Of a stretch of 64,000 nucleotides of DNA, positions 1 to 14,372 are shown piece after piece. This stretch comes from Tubiluchus corallicola (Eukaryota; Animalia; Priapulida). The stretch lies in the NCBI GenBank assembly GCA_030141605.1, contig JAQGDQ010000094.1, positions 124,001 through 188,000 of the forward strand, read 5' to 3'. Every line of letters begins with the position of its first letter. The stretch's first letter is position 1. Position numbers and translations under genes: made by a program. The notes below the pieces were generated by a model. The model saw only the letters and a list, made by a program, of their open reading frames with translations. It was not told the DNA's origin and made no database searches.

Positions 1-204
1 CATCTCTAAACAGGGCTGCTTTTCAGACATGCTATTGTTATACTCCAATGGCAAGGAAGAGTCAAGACGACTGGCTGTTGCGCCATGCAAGGAATAGAGG
101 AGTGGCTGTGGCACATAGATCTAGGATGGTTGCCTGCCAAAGCTAATGAAGCCTCCGAGAATCCAATCAAGAGGCTAAGTACTAACAGGACCAATTTAAA
201 GACT

Positions 205-510
205 TGTTTAGCTGGAAAACGGCGATAAAGGGGATGTTCTGTCCAATCGAAAATTTGCTATTCAGGATCTGCTGTGATATTCGTTCTGCGATATTTAGTT
301 TCCGAGATAAGCATCTGTTTGGAATAACTCAAAAGCTAGACAGCGCTACTTGACAAAATCTGGTGTGCTTCTGACTAAAGTAGAGGGCCACCTTAGCTTA
401 CAATATCGGGTCGTGACCCTTTGATCCGCCTGAATTATGACCGGAAAATCGTCAAAGTATGTCTATTTTTGAGAAGCAATTACTCTTGCAAGAAGCGCCA
501 CCTACCAAGA
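205..510 (+). repeat. Interspersed repeat copy A (inverted relative to 1828-2100)
   Basis: Blocks such as ATTCAGGATCTGCTGT, GGAATAACTCAAAA, GTAGAGGGCCACC and GCGCCACCTA match the reverse complement of 1828-2100. Confidence 0.8.
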
Positions 511-1049
511 TGGCGTGGAGTGGCGATTGTTCGATCAATTCTCTATCCAATAATGTGCCGCACAGTCACCATTACCACAGGATTGCCAGGCTACGCCCGT
601 TTTTCTGAACCCGTGTCGGATGGAAATCACGTATGAAAAATGTTTTTACTTTCATCCTACACTGTATTTCACACTATATGTATTTTCATACAAAGACTTT
701 TGTAGTATCATATCCACATTTTTATATTTGCATTAACCTATCAAACCAAGTCCAAGTAATGGTAGGGCTCATTTTATTATTTTAGCGTTTGAGCCGTTAA
801 TTTCTTTTCGCAAGGTATGTATAACTTAATAGATATTGCTGGTACCTAATTAAATTAAAATTTAAATGAAGGCAACTTACTTTGTTTGTTCATTTGTTTG
901 TTTGTACATTTACTTCAGCTAGCAACAAATTAAACATATTTAAATGAACATGTACATATATGCAGGGCGTACATTAAAAATTTAAAAATATCTTTCTAAA
1001 AATCTAAAACTAATTTGTGATATTAACACCCAAACGGCAGAAGGTAAAT

Positions 1050-1190
1050 ACAGGCAAGTATTGTTAACAACAGGTTAACAACGACAGCTGTTACGTATCA
1101 TCAGTAACAGGTAAGTACCATCAGTGTTAGACAAATATGGTCAGCAACACGTAAGTATCATCGGTAACAGGTTGGTATCATTTCGTTAAC
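1050..1190. repeat. Degenerate ~20-bp minisatellite (GTAAGTATCATCAGTAACAG)
   Basis: Repeated units are visible. Confidence 0.6.
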
Positions 1191-1827
1191 AAAAACTATC
1201 TATGTCATACACCTTGCTGACACATTTCTTTTCTGCAGGCAAACATTGTAACTACTAAACTATTGTTTTACGATATGAGAACTTTCGCACAACTCGACAG
1301 CTGAGAGCGGAATTATTGGACGAAGCCTACAGCCAAAAATTTCGTCTGTTTGGCTTCAATCACGTAATATAGTAATGCGTAAAATGGTGACATTGAACAT
1401 ACAGGTAACATCTGATTTAAAAACAGGTTGGCGTCATAACGTCAAACAGTTCAACTAGATTTTTACAAGAGATATGGATTCCCAAGTTAGGTATTTCGAC
1501 ACCTTCGCCTCATTTAATAAAGAAACATCTCGTTTATGCAATTTGCCAAATTTCGGTTTTGCGGGTAAACAGAAAAAAGGAAAAATTTTTAGCACAGCGC
1601 ATCTTATTCTACTTTGCATTGCGAATCCAGTGATATATGGCACGCCTCTGTATGACTTATATCTTCCGTTCACAGAGCGTTTAAACTTTAAAGTGGACCA
1701 TGTCGGCTTTTCCCTGTTGTGCAATGCATTATATTATGCAGACAATTGCATGTTTGACGGTTCAGGGTTCGACAAATCGGAGCAGGGTATCTATAGCCAA
1801 GGCATAAATACTTTACTTTCCTTTTTC

Positions 1828-2100
1828 GTTTGGATAGGTGGCGCCTCTTGTAGGAGTAATGGTTCATCAAACACGGACATATTTCAAGCGAGTCAAAGGA
1901 TCACGACGAGAAATTGCAAGCTAGGGTGGCCCTCTACCTAGCTACAAGCACACCAAATTGGATCAAGCAGCACTGTCTAGTTTTTTGAGTTATTCCAAAA
2001 AATGCCTATCTCAGAAACTAAACACCGCAGAACGAAAATAACAGCAGATCCTGAATTTTCTACCGTACATCCTTTTTGTTGCCGTTTTCTGGCTAAACGA
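1828..2100 (-). repeat. Interspersed repeat copy B (inverted relative to 205-510)
   Basis: Collinear reverse-complement match to copy A. It is part of a larger repeat with an internal duplication, TTGCGAATCCARTGATATATGGCAC, at about 1619 and 2141. Confidence 0.8.
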
Positions 2101-2275
2101 CACTCGACTGGCGACTTTCCTGCTGTACATCCTCGTTTCATTGCGAATCCAATGATATATGGCACATCTCTGCAGTACTTATACTTTCTGTTTAAATGAA
2201 ACCATGCCGATATCTAATGTCAATAGAGACCTATATATATTATATATTATATATATATTATTATTATATATATAT

Positions 2276-2318
<43 letters not shown>

Positions 2319-2347
2319 GTTAGTTAAGTCTTCAGTGTTTGTCACGA

Positions 2348-2522
2348 TTGCACTGGCAAAAAGTTAGAGACTAACGAAAAGATGCACTGGCGAAAAGATA
2401 GAATGACGAAAAAAATGCACTGGCAAAAAGATAGTTTGGCGAAAAGATACACTGACAAAAATATAGAATGACGAAAAAATAGCCTGACAAAAAGATAGAC
2501 TGGCGAAAAGATAACTGGCAAA
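2348..2522. repeat. Degenerate ~16-17-bp minisatellite (ACTGGCRAAAAGAT)
   Basis: About ten visible repeats. Confidence 0.7.
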
Positions 2523-3639
2523 GTGGGTGATTACCGGTCGAAGACACCTAATATCATTCCTAGTAGACTAGTAGAATGATAAAAGTACTCATTCCTCAGC
2601 ATTCAGATTAATTTGAATTATTTGATACTAAAAAGTAAGTATGTTAGGAATGAATACAAAGCTGCTTAAACTGAATGCTTTTATGACTACTTAATTTGAT
2701 TGTTTATTGTGCAATTTTCAATTCAGTGACCAAATAACAGAGAAATCAGTGGTGGGATAATTAAGCTGTCTTAAATTATTAAATACTGTATTTAAAAGGG
2801 TTAAATACCCTTAACACTTAATAACGCCAATGTTATATGTGCCAGTCTTGTATGTCAAAAATGAGTTTGGGTAGTAGTAGACCTTTTTACGATCACACAG
2901 CTTAAATTTACTGAATTTTTTGTAATTAAAATTGGCAGAAAATAAATGTTTATCTTGTCTTGGCATGTTGGTGGCAAAGTATAACGACTTTCCGTCTGAC
3001 TTTGAAAGTTCAAGAGTAGAGTGCTTGCGTCTTATTGGGGTGGTTCTGCAAGGACAAACTTTTACCAGACCGGTGTACGTCTCCTGAAGAAAAATTTGCA
3101 ATAACCACAAGAAACTTGTATGACATGCGGTAGAATGATTACTCAAGCATACACTGGCTTATTGGGGTCATGCGTTATCACGTTGCAATGACATCCTATT
3201 GGTATACAAATGCATTAGAGTCAGAAAAAACTCTGATAGTGCCTTTACACAGCCACTAATTATAATGCCCTGGATTGTTACATCCTGCTGTGCTCTCTGT
3301 TGTCTTCCTATTAATTTTGCATTTAGCAACTTCCTAAATCAGGCCCAAAATTATGATTCTAGGACTGAGTTTCTGAGCTTATAGTTTCCTGCCCTGTAAG
3401 CTATAATTTGCTATAATTACTAAGCAATTGTTTGCGACATTCTCTTTAGATGCTCATTGGATGGCCCAAAATTTTTGACCTTGATCATTCGATTTGACAT
3501 GCATTTTATACAACGGTTACTACACTCCAAAAATCTAACACGAAGGACAAAGGTTTTGGCAAAATAAAGAAAATTAAGGCATTTATCGATGCTCGATGTT
3601 TTAATGAACCACGTCAAACTGCCTCATTATTTGAATATC

Positions 3640-4220
3640 TTACACAATATGTTTGACCATTTGACTCAAGATTCCCTTTAGGTGACCACAGCTGGGCCAA
3701 AAGGTTTCAATGTCAAACCCATCTCGCCCTAATATGATATATTACACAATATGTTTGGGAGATTCCCTGTAGATGACTTTTAGGTGACTCCAGGTGGGCC
3801 AACATTTGTTAGTGTCAAGCCCGCCTCACTCCGTGTTTTAATTTGACATATTAGTCAATATGTCAAAAACTCTAGCATTACAATGTTTTCTGTGTGATTC
3901 AACTGTTTGGCCCTAAAATTGTCAACGAATATGTACTTTATCTGTTTTGGCAGAAATTGTCCCCGTAGATAACCTTTAGGTGACCCCAGGTGGGCCAACA
4001 TTTGTTAATGTCAAACTCTCCGTACCCCAAGCTTTAATGTGATATACTACTCGATATGATTGAGACATTCCCTGTTGATGACCTTTGGGTGACCCTAGGT
4101 GGACAAAAATTTTGGCAGTGTCAAAAACTCTAGCATTACAATGTTTTCTGTATGTTGCATTTGTTTGGCCTCAAGATTGTCAAAGAATATGTACTTTATC
4201 TGTTTCGGAAGAAATGGTCA
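3640..4220. repeat. Complex degenerate tandem repeats, probably inside a non-autonomous transposon
   Basis: A CTTTAGGTGACC...GGTGGGCCAA unit occurs four times. TGTCAAAAACTCTAGCATTACAATGTTTTCTG is duplicated at 3861 and 4119. Confidence 0.7.
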
Positions 4221-5895
4221 TTATTACACCCTAGCAACCACCAAATTAAGACCTTGTACACCATAGCAACCGCTGGACTTTTGAAAGGTCATATAATCTA
4301 CTATCCAAAATTGCTATAAAAACATTTGTGCACCGCATACATCACGTAGATTTTAAACAAAATGTCCAAAATCACACATAACTTGAAAATTCATGATCCT
4401 CTAGGTCGTGACCTTTCAGCCCTAGGTCATTCATTTTGACACTTGGCATCTTATGCCAAGGTGGCTACACACCAAAGGACAACGACCTGAGACAAAAGGT
4501 TTTGGCTGGTTACAGAAAATTACATCAAAGCCTGAAATCATTCTGATCATGCTGATTAAAAATGCTTAATTGCCTTTGCGCTCTTCATCAATTATTTAAA
4601 CAACTTTAAAAATTGAATGAACCACCCTCGTTTCTTCGTTTCTTTTCATTTCTCTGATGTCCCTTCCCTTTGCTTCCATTCCCCTTTCATCCATTCGTTT
4701 TCTTTCCTTTCCCCATTTCCTTTCGGTTTCCTGCCGTCTTTTCCTGTTCCTCGTTCTTTTTTCGCTTTCTTCCCTTCTTTTACTACTTCTTCTCTAGTTC
4801 CCTTTTGATCCGTCCCATCGCATTCCATCCACTCATCTCATTTCGTTTCGGTTAGCATTAACATTGAAAAAGTTTCAAGACGCGACTCATGTAGGCTATA
4901 ACACAGGTTCTTAGAGATTCAGTAAACACATATAGTGGATTAGATACGTTAATCGCATTGAGCAATACTAAGATTGCTTATTTGTTACGTAATACACTCA
5001 ACTGCCGCAGACTCATCCCTTCTGCGTAACTCCTTTTGTGAGTGCAGTAAAGTAGTTCTTTTTTTCTACATGCAATAATGTAATTCACTGGGTAAAATGT
5101 CGCGATAATCATTATTACAACGATCACGTACTTCACATTTCACAGTGACAGACTATGCGGCCAGTCAGGCTAGTTAATAACGCAACATTGATGCAAACAA
5201 TAAAAACTATAGACAAAACAAAATTATTCTGTTAGTAAAACATCTTTGAACACTTACCAAAATTTAAAAACGATTGTGCCTAGTCGTTGGACATGAATTT
5301 GTGTTAGAGAAAGGAGGAAGGAGAAGAAAATAGAAGGGGAAAACAGCAAGGAATGACAGCACTAGCCATACAGGCTGGCAGACAGGCAGATAGCCAAACG
5401 ACTAGGCAGACAGATATATAGTTTAGATTGTCCTACATGCCCGGCCGGTACTTGATCAATTCGGAAAGTAATTTTGATAATAATTCAGAGTGAAATGTAT
5501 ATTGCATTCTCCAAATGGTTTAGCGGTAACCGATCAAATCCACTGTATTCAACATGCAATCACAAAGATTGGTGAGGAGTGTCTCAACCCTCAATTGGTC
5601 GTAAAGGGTGTTTAACTCCCATTCAATCGATTTTTATTATTTTTTAAAACTGAAATAATTTGAAATAAGTGAGACAAAAGTTAAAGTGCATGAAAGTGAA
5701 GAGAACAGATGAAGCAACAATTCATGAAAAAAGATTTGTTAAAATTATAGATTTAGCAGGCATTTCAACCAGCAATTCTTTGTGAAAATTTTGGCATAAT
5801 TAATACTCTCACGTAATAAAAAACTTCGGTCCATGAAAGTTCTAAACTATAGCATCGAAGATAAAATAGATTAGTACTTCATACATTTTCGAAGT

Positions 5896-6113
<218 letters not shown>

Positions 6114-9100
6114 TACTCAGCCTCATTTTTTTATTATCGTTCTTCCAGGAAATATATCAAATTTACCTGTGTCCTACTAGACAATCGTCCATCATCCTCC
6201 CCGAACATTCTAAGTAATAACATACCGTAGACTAGTCTAAAATTCCACGAAAAACATTTTGGTGCGTTTTAGTCGGCCGAACTTAAAATGGGGCGGGGGG
6301 ATGAATAACCGAGTAGTTACGGTGTTTAGTGACAGAGAATAAATGGATGCGTGACCACTGGGTATTTATTTTTCAGTAATTTCGTCTGCCATATTGCCTC
6401 CTTCAACCCGCTCATTTTTCTCAGACCGAGGCTAGCTCACCTCAGTTGATTCGGTGACTGATTCATAAAAGATTAAGTGTTCCTGATATATGGCTAGTTT
6501 CCGATCTCGCCATAACCACCTACATTAAGTAGAAGCTGCTTTTGAGACCTGGAAACCGGCTTGTAGTGTGACGAGATTTGTAATAAAATAATTTATATAA
6601 TTACATATAAAATGAAATGTACAAGGTCTAATTTAACGCACGCGTAAATTTTTCGTTTCATACTCATGAGTGCACGTAAGGGTAAAATTATAAGTCTCCT
6701 ACATTGCTTTGCTCTGATGTATAACATTTATATTAACATCGCCTACCAATTTGTCAGCATCCCAGATGAAGATTTATTCCCAGCTTTCCAAATTCTATGT
6801 CACGGGTCGAACTAATATTTATACTTGAAATGACCATGAGAAGTTGTGGCGGTTGCAGAACATGTTAGAAATAATGAAGCTTTTGCTCGGAATCTGTTTG
6901 ATTTGTGAATCGAGCGAACGTAGAATTTTAAACCACGTTGGTAAATTACTGATTAATAACTCATTAACAACTTGAAAATTTAACGATTGTTAATATACAA
7001 CTAGTACATTAACCACGCCGATGTGGTTTATCGAAGTAGCCCGTACAATGATAACTAACGCGGACGTTGATTAAAACAGCCTCGTATTATCTATTCTCTG
7101 ATGGATAGAGGCTCTTATGTTAATAAAGTAGTAGATACGGTTGTAGTGACTGTGACAATGACAGCTAATTATAATGCAGTTTCCGAGTTTGCATTAATTC
7201 CATTAAAACAAAAGATGGCCGCATGGAGTAACTCCCTGTATATATCTTGCATCCGCACCACAATCAGTGCTTTCTCACTGTTTGTCTATTGGCATCAATA
7301 TTGAGGTTTCGGGATTTCTTAACAGATCAGATATTCTTTCATCAAACACTTCACAAGCTGTCGGGTCACGTGATGAGAGGCAAACTTCAAGACTGCATGC
7401 AATTCTGAAAGTTCCGCTATAACCTCTCATTTCTTTTTACAGGATAAAAAATTTGTTATGAAAGAGAAACAGAATTTTACGTAATTATTACTGTAGCAAA
7501 ATGATTTTAGGAAAGAAGAATAACTGGCATTAGCTCCTATCACTGGTATTAATATCTGTCAGAGGTCGCCTTTGAAATAAACACTAAATTAAAAGAGCTA
7601 GTAGATTATTACAAAAGCTGCCTAACTTTTATTGGGTTTTAACATTTCATTTTGAAAGTGTGAACTCTAAAATTCAACTGTGTGATGCGCTGATTTAAAA
7701 AGCTACTTCATTCCTTTACTAAGGAAATTGTCATCAGTATGCTATGCTAATTACTGTAATATAAGGTGTTAAACATTTCACGTAATAAAAAAGTAAATAC
7801 GTGGAAACTTAAACCATTTAATGAAAGTTACAATAGCTTTTCACGAAATTTACTCATGAATTAGTAAAAGAATTAACACAAACTTTAATTGTTTAATTGC
7901 GGAAAATAACACGTTTTAAAACTTTCCAGTAACGAAATTTTTCTTACCCTTAACGAATTCCTGTCCATAAAAATCATTCAAATTTTTCTTCTCATCGGAG
8001 CCGTCCGCATTCAATCCTTCGGCTTCAAGCGAAGAAACCACTATTCTACGCGCCACGCATGCGTAGTTTGAACATGAACTAGATAAGAGAAACTGAGACT
8101 TGTGGGTGTAGGGAATACATTTCAAATTTATCATATATATTTCTATAGTTTATAATTCTATATTTCTTCGTAAATATTGAATATAGTTCTTATTTTGTGC
8201 ATCTTTTTATTGGGCAGTATTTTTAAAAGGACCTTATCTAAAAGTAAAATGATTAAATATCAACATAAATCTTCATGGCAAAAATTAGAACAATAAACAA
8301 AAACTTCCCATGCATTTGTGCTTCAGCTATAGGTGAAGGGAAACGTCACAAAATTCTGTAGCAATTCATTTTGCAGCAAAAATTGAAAAACAGCGTTTAA
8401 AGATTTTTATGCATTTTCTATTGTTCTTTCTTTCACTTGCGTCTGTTTTTTACGTTTATTGGTTCATTTCGCCTTATGAAATCCACATTCAAGTAGCACG
8501 AAACTTTTAGCATTCAGGCTACTAGACGAAAGTTCGAGCAAAGAACTAAATAAGAAGTCAGTAAGTCAATCATAGCCTGTATAGAATTTGCAAAAATTTA
8601 GTCTGCTTTAAAATGTCAGCTATTTCATTACCTTTGCAACCAGGTGACATAGGTCTAATAATGTTAAATTACGTCACTAGATGGCAGTGGTGTTATACTC
8701 TCCAAATGAAGGGAAAGAAGAATACGATGATAAGAACTGAAGAATAAGAATAAAAAACATTTCTTATAACGAATTCGATATTCTTGATAGATTGCAAAAG
8801 TTTTGTAGGTTGATGAAGCTAATTAGTGATATTTGTTTTTTTGTGTGTGTTCAACAGTAACACAAACAAAATGATAGAATTGTTGCTTTGGTAAAGTTGT
8901 AATGATAACGAGAACACCAAACTATATTACTATAATTTTATTCAATCTGCAAAATTTTCTAGACTAACTGTTGGTTTATTAATTAGCTAAACAAAAGGTG
9001 TATATGACTAACGTGAAAATATTTTGTTCAGCAAAATTTAATAAATCAGTAGTCAATAAAATGATTTTATACTGCTGCATGAGCACGGCACAAACAAAGA

Positions 9101-12100
9101 TGATCACAAATTTCACTGGAAAGATTCATTTCTGGCAACAAAGCGAAAATTTTAATGAAATAAACAAAATAAAGCAAAAATAGCATAGTAATTTCGGAAA
9201 CGTTTCCTATGTCGCAGACGACCCGTGATACCGCGTGAATAACAACTTGTATAACTACAACATTACTTCGCTTTTCTCTGCGTGTAAATAACCCTGATAT
9301 ATTTCTGAAAGTATTCGGATTTGGTTCCGTCCGTATGTCCGAAATTCCGGCAGCCGTCTCCAAGTTGCGCCCAGAAGAAAAACAAACAACATTATTAGAT
9401 ATAATACAAAACACTACACTACAGCCCCCTGGCATTCAATGTGAGCGCTAATCAACTGACCAGAATCGGTACAGGATAAATAGTTGCGCTTTTACTGTGC
9501 GATTTCTGCATGATAAAGCTACGTAAAACAATAACCCTTAATCTCAGTACATATTTTGATACCGTTACGGGGAGGGGGGGGGCTATTTATTTTCGAAGCC
9601 CCTCTCTTCATTGTGATAGTCTTGTCCGTACAAAGCCATTGCATGGTGGCGTTGAACACCAGGTACAAAACCGTTGCTATGGAATGGTCTCGTTAATTCA
9701 TTCGGCAGACGAACAAGTACGTTTACCACCTAAGCACCTGTTCCGTAGTCATGATCAGCATGAGGAACGCGCGAAAAGATTCTGGCTAGTTTTCATTTTA
9801 ATTTTCTGTTTGAGTTTTTATATTTCTTGTATATTTTCTCATCTACAACATTTGTCTCCAACATGGTTTGACAGATCGAGATTTGAACCCTGGACTTCTT
9901 GCCCGCCTGCGCAACACTACTATTGATTTTTAACATGTATACTGGTGCAGAGTAAACTCGAAATCGATAAATTAAAGTTAGAGAAATGTAAATTTTATTT
10001 AGTTGAGAAAAAAATCACAGCCATATTAGTGGAAACAACGAAGCACTGAACCGAACAGAACTAAAAAGGGACTAGTAAAAAAACTGGCTTCGCTTATATA
10101 TAAGTGAAATCCTGAAAAAGGAATCTCTAAAACTGCAGTAACTGGCAACTGAAGAAAAGCAAACATAGAAAAACTGACACAGTGACCTTAAATTTTGCTG
10201 AAACACTGAATTAAACTGTGAGAAGTATCTAAATGTATTAACTAAAAATGATGGACTGTATGATGGACGTATATAGACTACATAGACCTGAAAAACAACT
10301 GAGGCAGAAAACGTGATAAAGCTTACAGAACGTAACGAGCTTGTGAAAAATAATAGGCTTACAAGTAGAACTACCTACTCGAAAATGAAAATTTTTAGTA
10401 ATTAGTTGTTTGACAGAGTTAAATATAAATTCGGCTTTTTTTCCATACCAAAGTGAATCACAGCAAATCACTGAGAAATGCGAAATGAGTAAGCTCCGTA
10501 GGTAAAGTGTGTCACTAGACATTCGCAGTGCTGCCACGTTATGGATGCAGCCTGAATCAGCATAGTAAGCGAATAATCCATGGCTTCATGTCTGTCGTCT
10601 GCTGCCGTGACGTTCCAGGGTTCGACACTTCCTTGTCTGGAAAATGATTATTGTAATCACTGCACCGAAGCACGGTTATTCGAGAAAGCACGAAATTTAC
10701 CAGGTTGGTTTCCTTGGCAACGGCAGGAGAACGGATGCAGGTGCATCCTGAAGGGAGCATGACGTTGCTAGTGGTAAAAAGCTTACTCGTCTAGTGAGAT
10801 GGAAGAGTTGTGCTCTGAGTTAGCGGTATCATTTAGCTGGGTGAACAAAAGTAAAGATTAGATGACCAAATGAGTTAATAAAGAATTAACCAACCAAGCG
10901 AATGAATTAAAGAACAACAATAATCTTACATCTAAAACACAGTAATAACAGAACGTGTATCGGCATCAAACTTTTTGTTGAAAAAGTTGTGATACAGAAG
11001 TAAATAACAATTAATGACAATTAATTAAACAGTAGTCAAGACAGCCTTATTGTTTATGATTTGCTGTGCTTTGTATCATGTATGTCATGACGAATAATAT
11101 GACGAATATTAAATCACGAAAAGTTTCAGAAAGCTTCAATCTCTTAATTAACTGTGCTTTTGTTCTTAGTGCAAATATTTCATATTTGTATCTAGAATCA
11201 CGTGCCAGATGTGCTGTTATTCAACAAGCAAAATTGGCTGCAAGTACCAAAGTATTAACGTTCACCGCTTTTCAGGTGGAATTGTAATTAGTTATTCTTC
11301 CTTCTTTCAAGCAGTTGGTATTCCCCAGAGAAATATGTTTACGTAAAGGGAATATTTCTAACGCAAATGAACCTTTTGACCAAGCTGTCCCGCTTGTCCG
11401 TCATAAATTGGCTTAACTTGATACAAAAAGAAATTATGCCACTCTTCCATTTTTTATGAAAATCCCATTAAAGTATTTCACTTATTACCTTTTGTGTGTT
11501 TCTTCTTCAGCGTAATATCAGGATTAGTTTTAAAGCTATCACTACAGTGTTTTAACTGATGATATCTAGTAATTAAAATTTGTTATTTATTCTCCATTTT
11601 TGTAGGAAATGATCGTGAGAGTATCTTAGTTTGTCCGGTAAATCAGTGTTGCACACACACTTTGGTATTGGATCTTAGCTTTACATTCTAGAAAATGCGT
11701 TAGACCCAAAAAATCCCAAAAGTGAACTTGAGGCACTCACATAAAATCAAATTTACTTTAAGAAATCGTTCCATTTGCATTAACTTTATAATGTGAACCC
11801 TGAATAAAGTTCTTACCAGCTACAAGACCACCAGATTTGCCAGAATACTTGAATGGTGTTTATTAAAATCAATAAGAGAAGTTAAGCAAGAAGGTGTGGA
11901 GAGAGTGTGAATTCAAACACGATGCATACAAAAAGATTTTTACCGTGAAAAATACAGCGTATAACGTATATAGGGTAGAGTGAGGCATAGGGCTTCACTG
12001 AGGTAAAACGCCCTCTCACGAGTTTTGCAGAAATGCCAAGAGAGAACACTACCTATGCGTAGAGTAGTGAAAGCTCATAAGCAGATAAAAAGGATATCCG

Positions 12101-14372
12101 TATCAATAATGCTCAAGTACGACGTGCAGACAGTTGAGATGTCGTATAAGTTTTTCATCATTCCTTTTATAAATATTCGATTTACTAATCTGTGGGAATT
12201 TATCAACGGTACCGGGAGTTGTAGTGACGAATACTGTAATTATTATGATTGCAAATGCACACATTTAAATCTTGTCTTTTAATCGCAAAAAAAGTTTGGT
12301 ATTCACTTGAAAATTTTTGCACTTAATCACAAGAATATGAATCGAAAACTATGCAATGGGGGAATTTCAAAAGGAGAGGTTTTCGGCCCCATTGTATATT
12401 ATCTGATTTACAATGTACTAACTTACCAGTAATCGTTTTCGTATAGCCATAAGTAAGAGAGCACTGACACCTTTGGCGATTTTAAGCCTAATTACATGGT
12501 CAGTTTTGATCTGGGGCAGTGGCCTACTGAATTTTCTGATGTTAAGACGTGTCATGATAAGCTAACAAGTTGTTGTCGTTATGTGCCTACATGATTTGTT
12601 CATGATTAGGGGCTAATCCTATGTCCTTTCATTACTTTAAAATATGTTACTTAGTTAAAGTTCTGTAGTGCATAATTGCGAAATTGCATAAAACTGACTC
12701 CGTTGTTATTGTTATTTTTAGTATAAATTTTTCATTATGTTTAGATGGAATGCCACGTTTGGAATGAAGAAATGGACAATAAATCCTGAGCAAATTTCAT
12801 AACAAAGGCGTCGAATCTTTATTTCGTCTTAAAAAACCAAATGGAAAGTTAAAGGGACACGTTACTCTTACATATAATTTAGTAAACCTTAAAAACAAGA
12901 CATTTCACAAAACAAAAAACAGGACAGACTTTATCAAAACCTATAAAAAACAGAGTTCAAACTAGAGACAAAATCCCACTTTTATGAGAATATATGAGCT
13001 CTAGAACAACAATGCAAAAGTAGTTTATCAACGGCCAGTACAAAGACGCAATTTAAACTTACAGCATACATGTATATACTCAGAAAAGGAAAACGATTGA
13101 TATTCATATATATTGAATAATTGCCTTACAAGAACAATATTTATTTATGAAATAATATCTTTTACAAAATTGTTATTTTTATGTACTTGTACAAAGACAT
13201 GTAAGAATTTCCATGTTTGCTCTAACACACTGATAGACCTGCAGTTGCTATTTTTGTTAACAATTCTTCTTGTAGGTGTTGCCATGCAAATAGGTGTTGT
13301 CGATATACTTTCGCAATTTAACGAAAATTCAGTAAAAGATTAAACGTAGGCTTAAATCGAAGTTGTTAAAAAGTTTTTTTTACTCTTTAATAGTTCAAGT
13401 TACGAAATGTGCTGCCAATTGTGTCAATTTTAATTTAATACGAATTTAGATCTGTGACTGTCACCTTACATAAATAATCTTGTTACAAAATAAACTTCAT
13501 AATTAGCTTACTTGAAGTGCTCAAAGCACACAGTGCAAATGTCAAAATGTATTAGCTCGATGGTCTTCTGTAAGTGCATTGTCGCCAAAAAACTAGGCCT
13601 CATAATTGTTTCACTAATTCTTTCTTATTTTACATGTAGTCGTGATTTTTAAAGCATTTTTAGTAATTTTAAACCGAGAATTAATAAATTGTATCAAATT
13701 AAATCAATGCGGGCCGCGAACATGTAATTAAATAATCCGGTACTTTGGAATTGGCAATGATGGTGGCCAAATTTGGGTAATACTATCCCAGCGGCAGCGC
13801 GTGACACGTGTTTAGTCACGTGCTCACACCAAGCTACTGATTTAAGTTTTGTATAACGAACCCTGCCTGATCCACGTAACAAAGGAAAAGCAACGATTTG
13901 GTATAATCCCCAAGTTATTAACTCAGCCTGACGTTTGATGAGTGAATCTTACTGAACAATAAAAGGGCTTCGAGTCAATAGTTTACCGTAATAAGATGCG
14001 CGTGAGAAAGTCAGCAAAAACGGCCACCCAGACTAAAGTTATAATTATGTACGCACTCAATGTAACTCAAACAAAACAAAATAAAAATATATATGTCGCT
14101 TGTCAATATCAGTTATAAAAACTTTATGTAGCAAATAGCTGCAAAGCAAGGTTACGTAAAATCCGTTTACGTATAAAACGTAAAATTATTATTTATCTTT
14201 TTCAATGTAGCTAAATTTTTTTGGAAAATGTGCTACTATGATTCTCATTTTCATTACAGATCACGAATATAGATTTTACTACTACTACTACTACTACTAC
14301 TGCATATATCGGGATTTTTGGTCACTCTATTCAGAGAAGCGAATAGATTGAAGAAGCGAAGTGCAACTAAAC

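Noticed and set aside
1239-1403. Segment bounded by a good acceptor and donor (ctgcag| ... cag|gtaac)
   Set aside because: Stops occur in all three frames and I could not identify partner exons; at most a non-coding exon.
1474-1941. 155-aa ORF
   Set aside because: It lies within an interspersed repeat with internal duplication and has no recognisable domain.
2348-2522. Short periodic repeats superficially like a CRISPR array (also 23340-23570 and 61645-61790)
   Set aside because: Repeats are degenerate and contiguous without unique spacers, there are no cas genes, and the context is eukaryotic.
2811-3146. ORF containing VYYYPNSF, reminiscent of sequence upstream of 2A-like peptides in some LINEs
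   Set aside because: No DxExNPGP motif or endonuclease/RT sequence follows.
7210-7375. YY1-like AAGATGGCCGC and GTCACGTGA suggesting a housekeeping promoter
   Set aside because: No downstream exon or credible ORF; two short motifs are insufficient.
9860-9925. Pol III B-box-like GGTTCAAATC on the minus strand
   Set aside because: No cloverleaf or clear A box; at best a decayed SINE head, not a tRNA gene.
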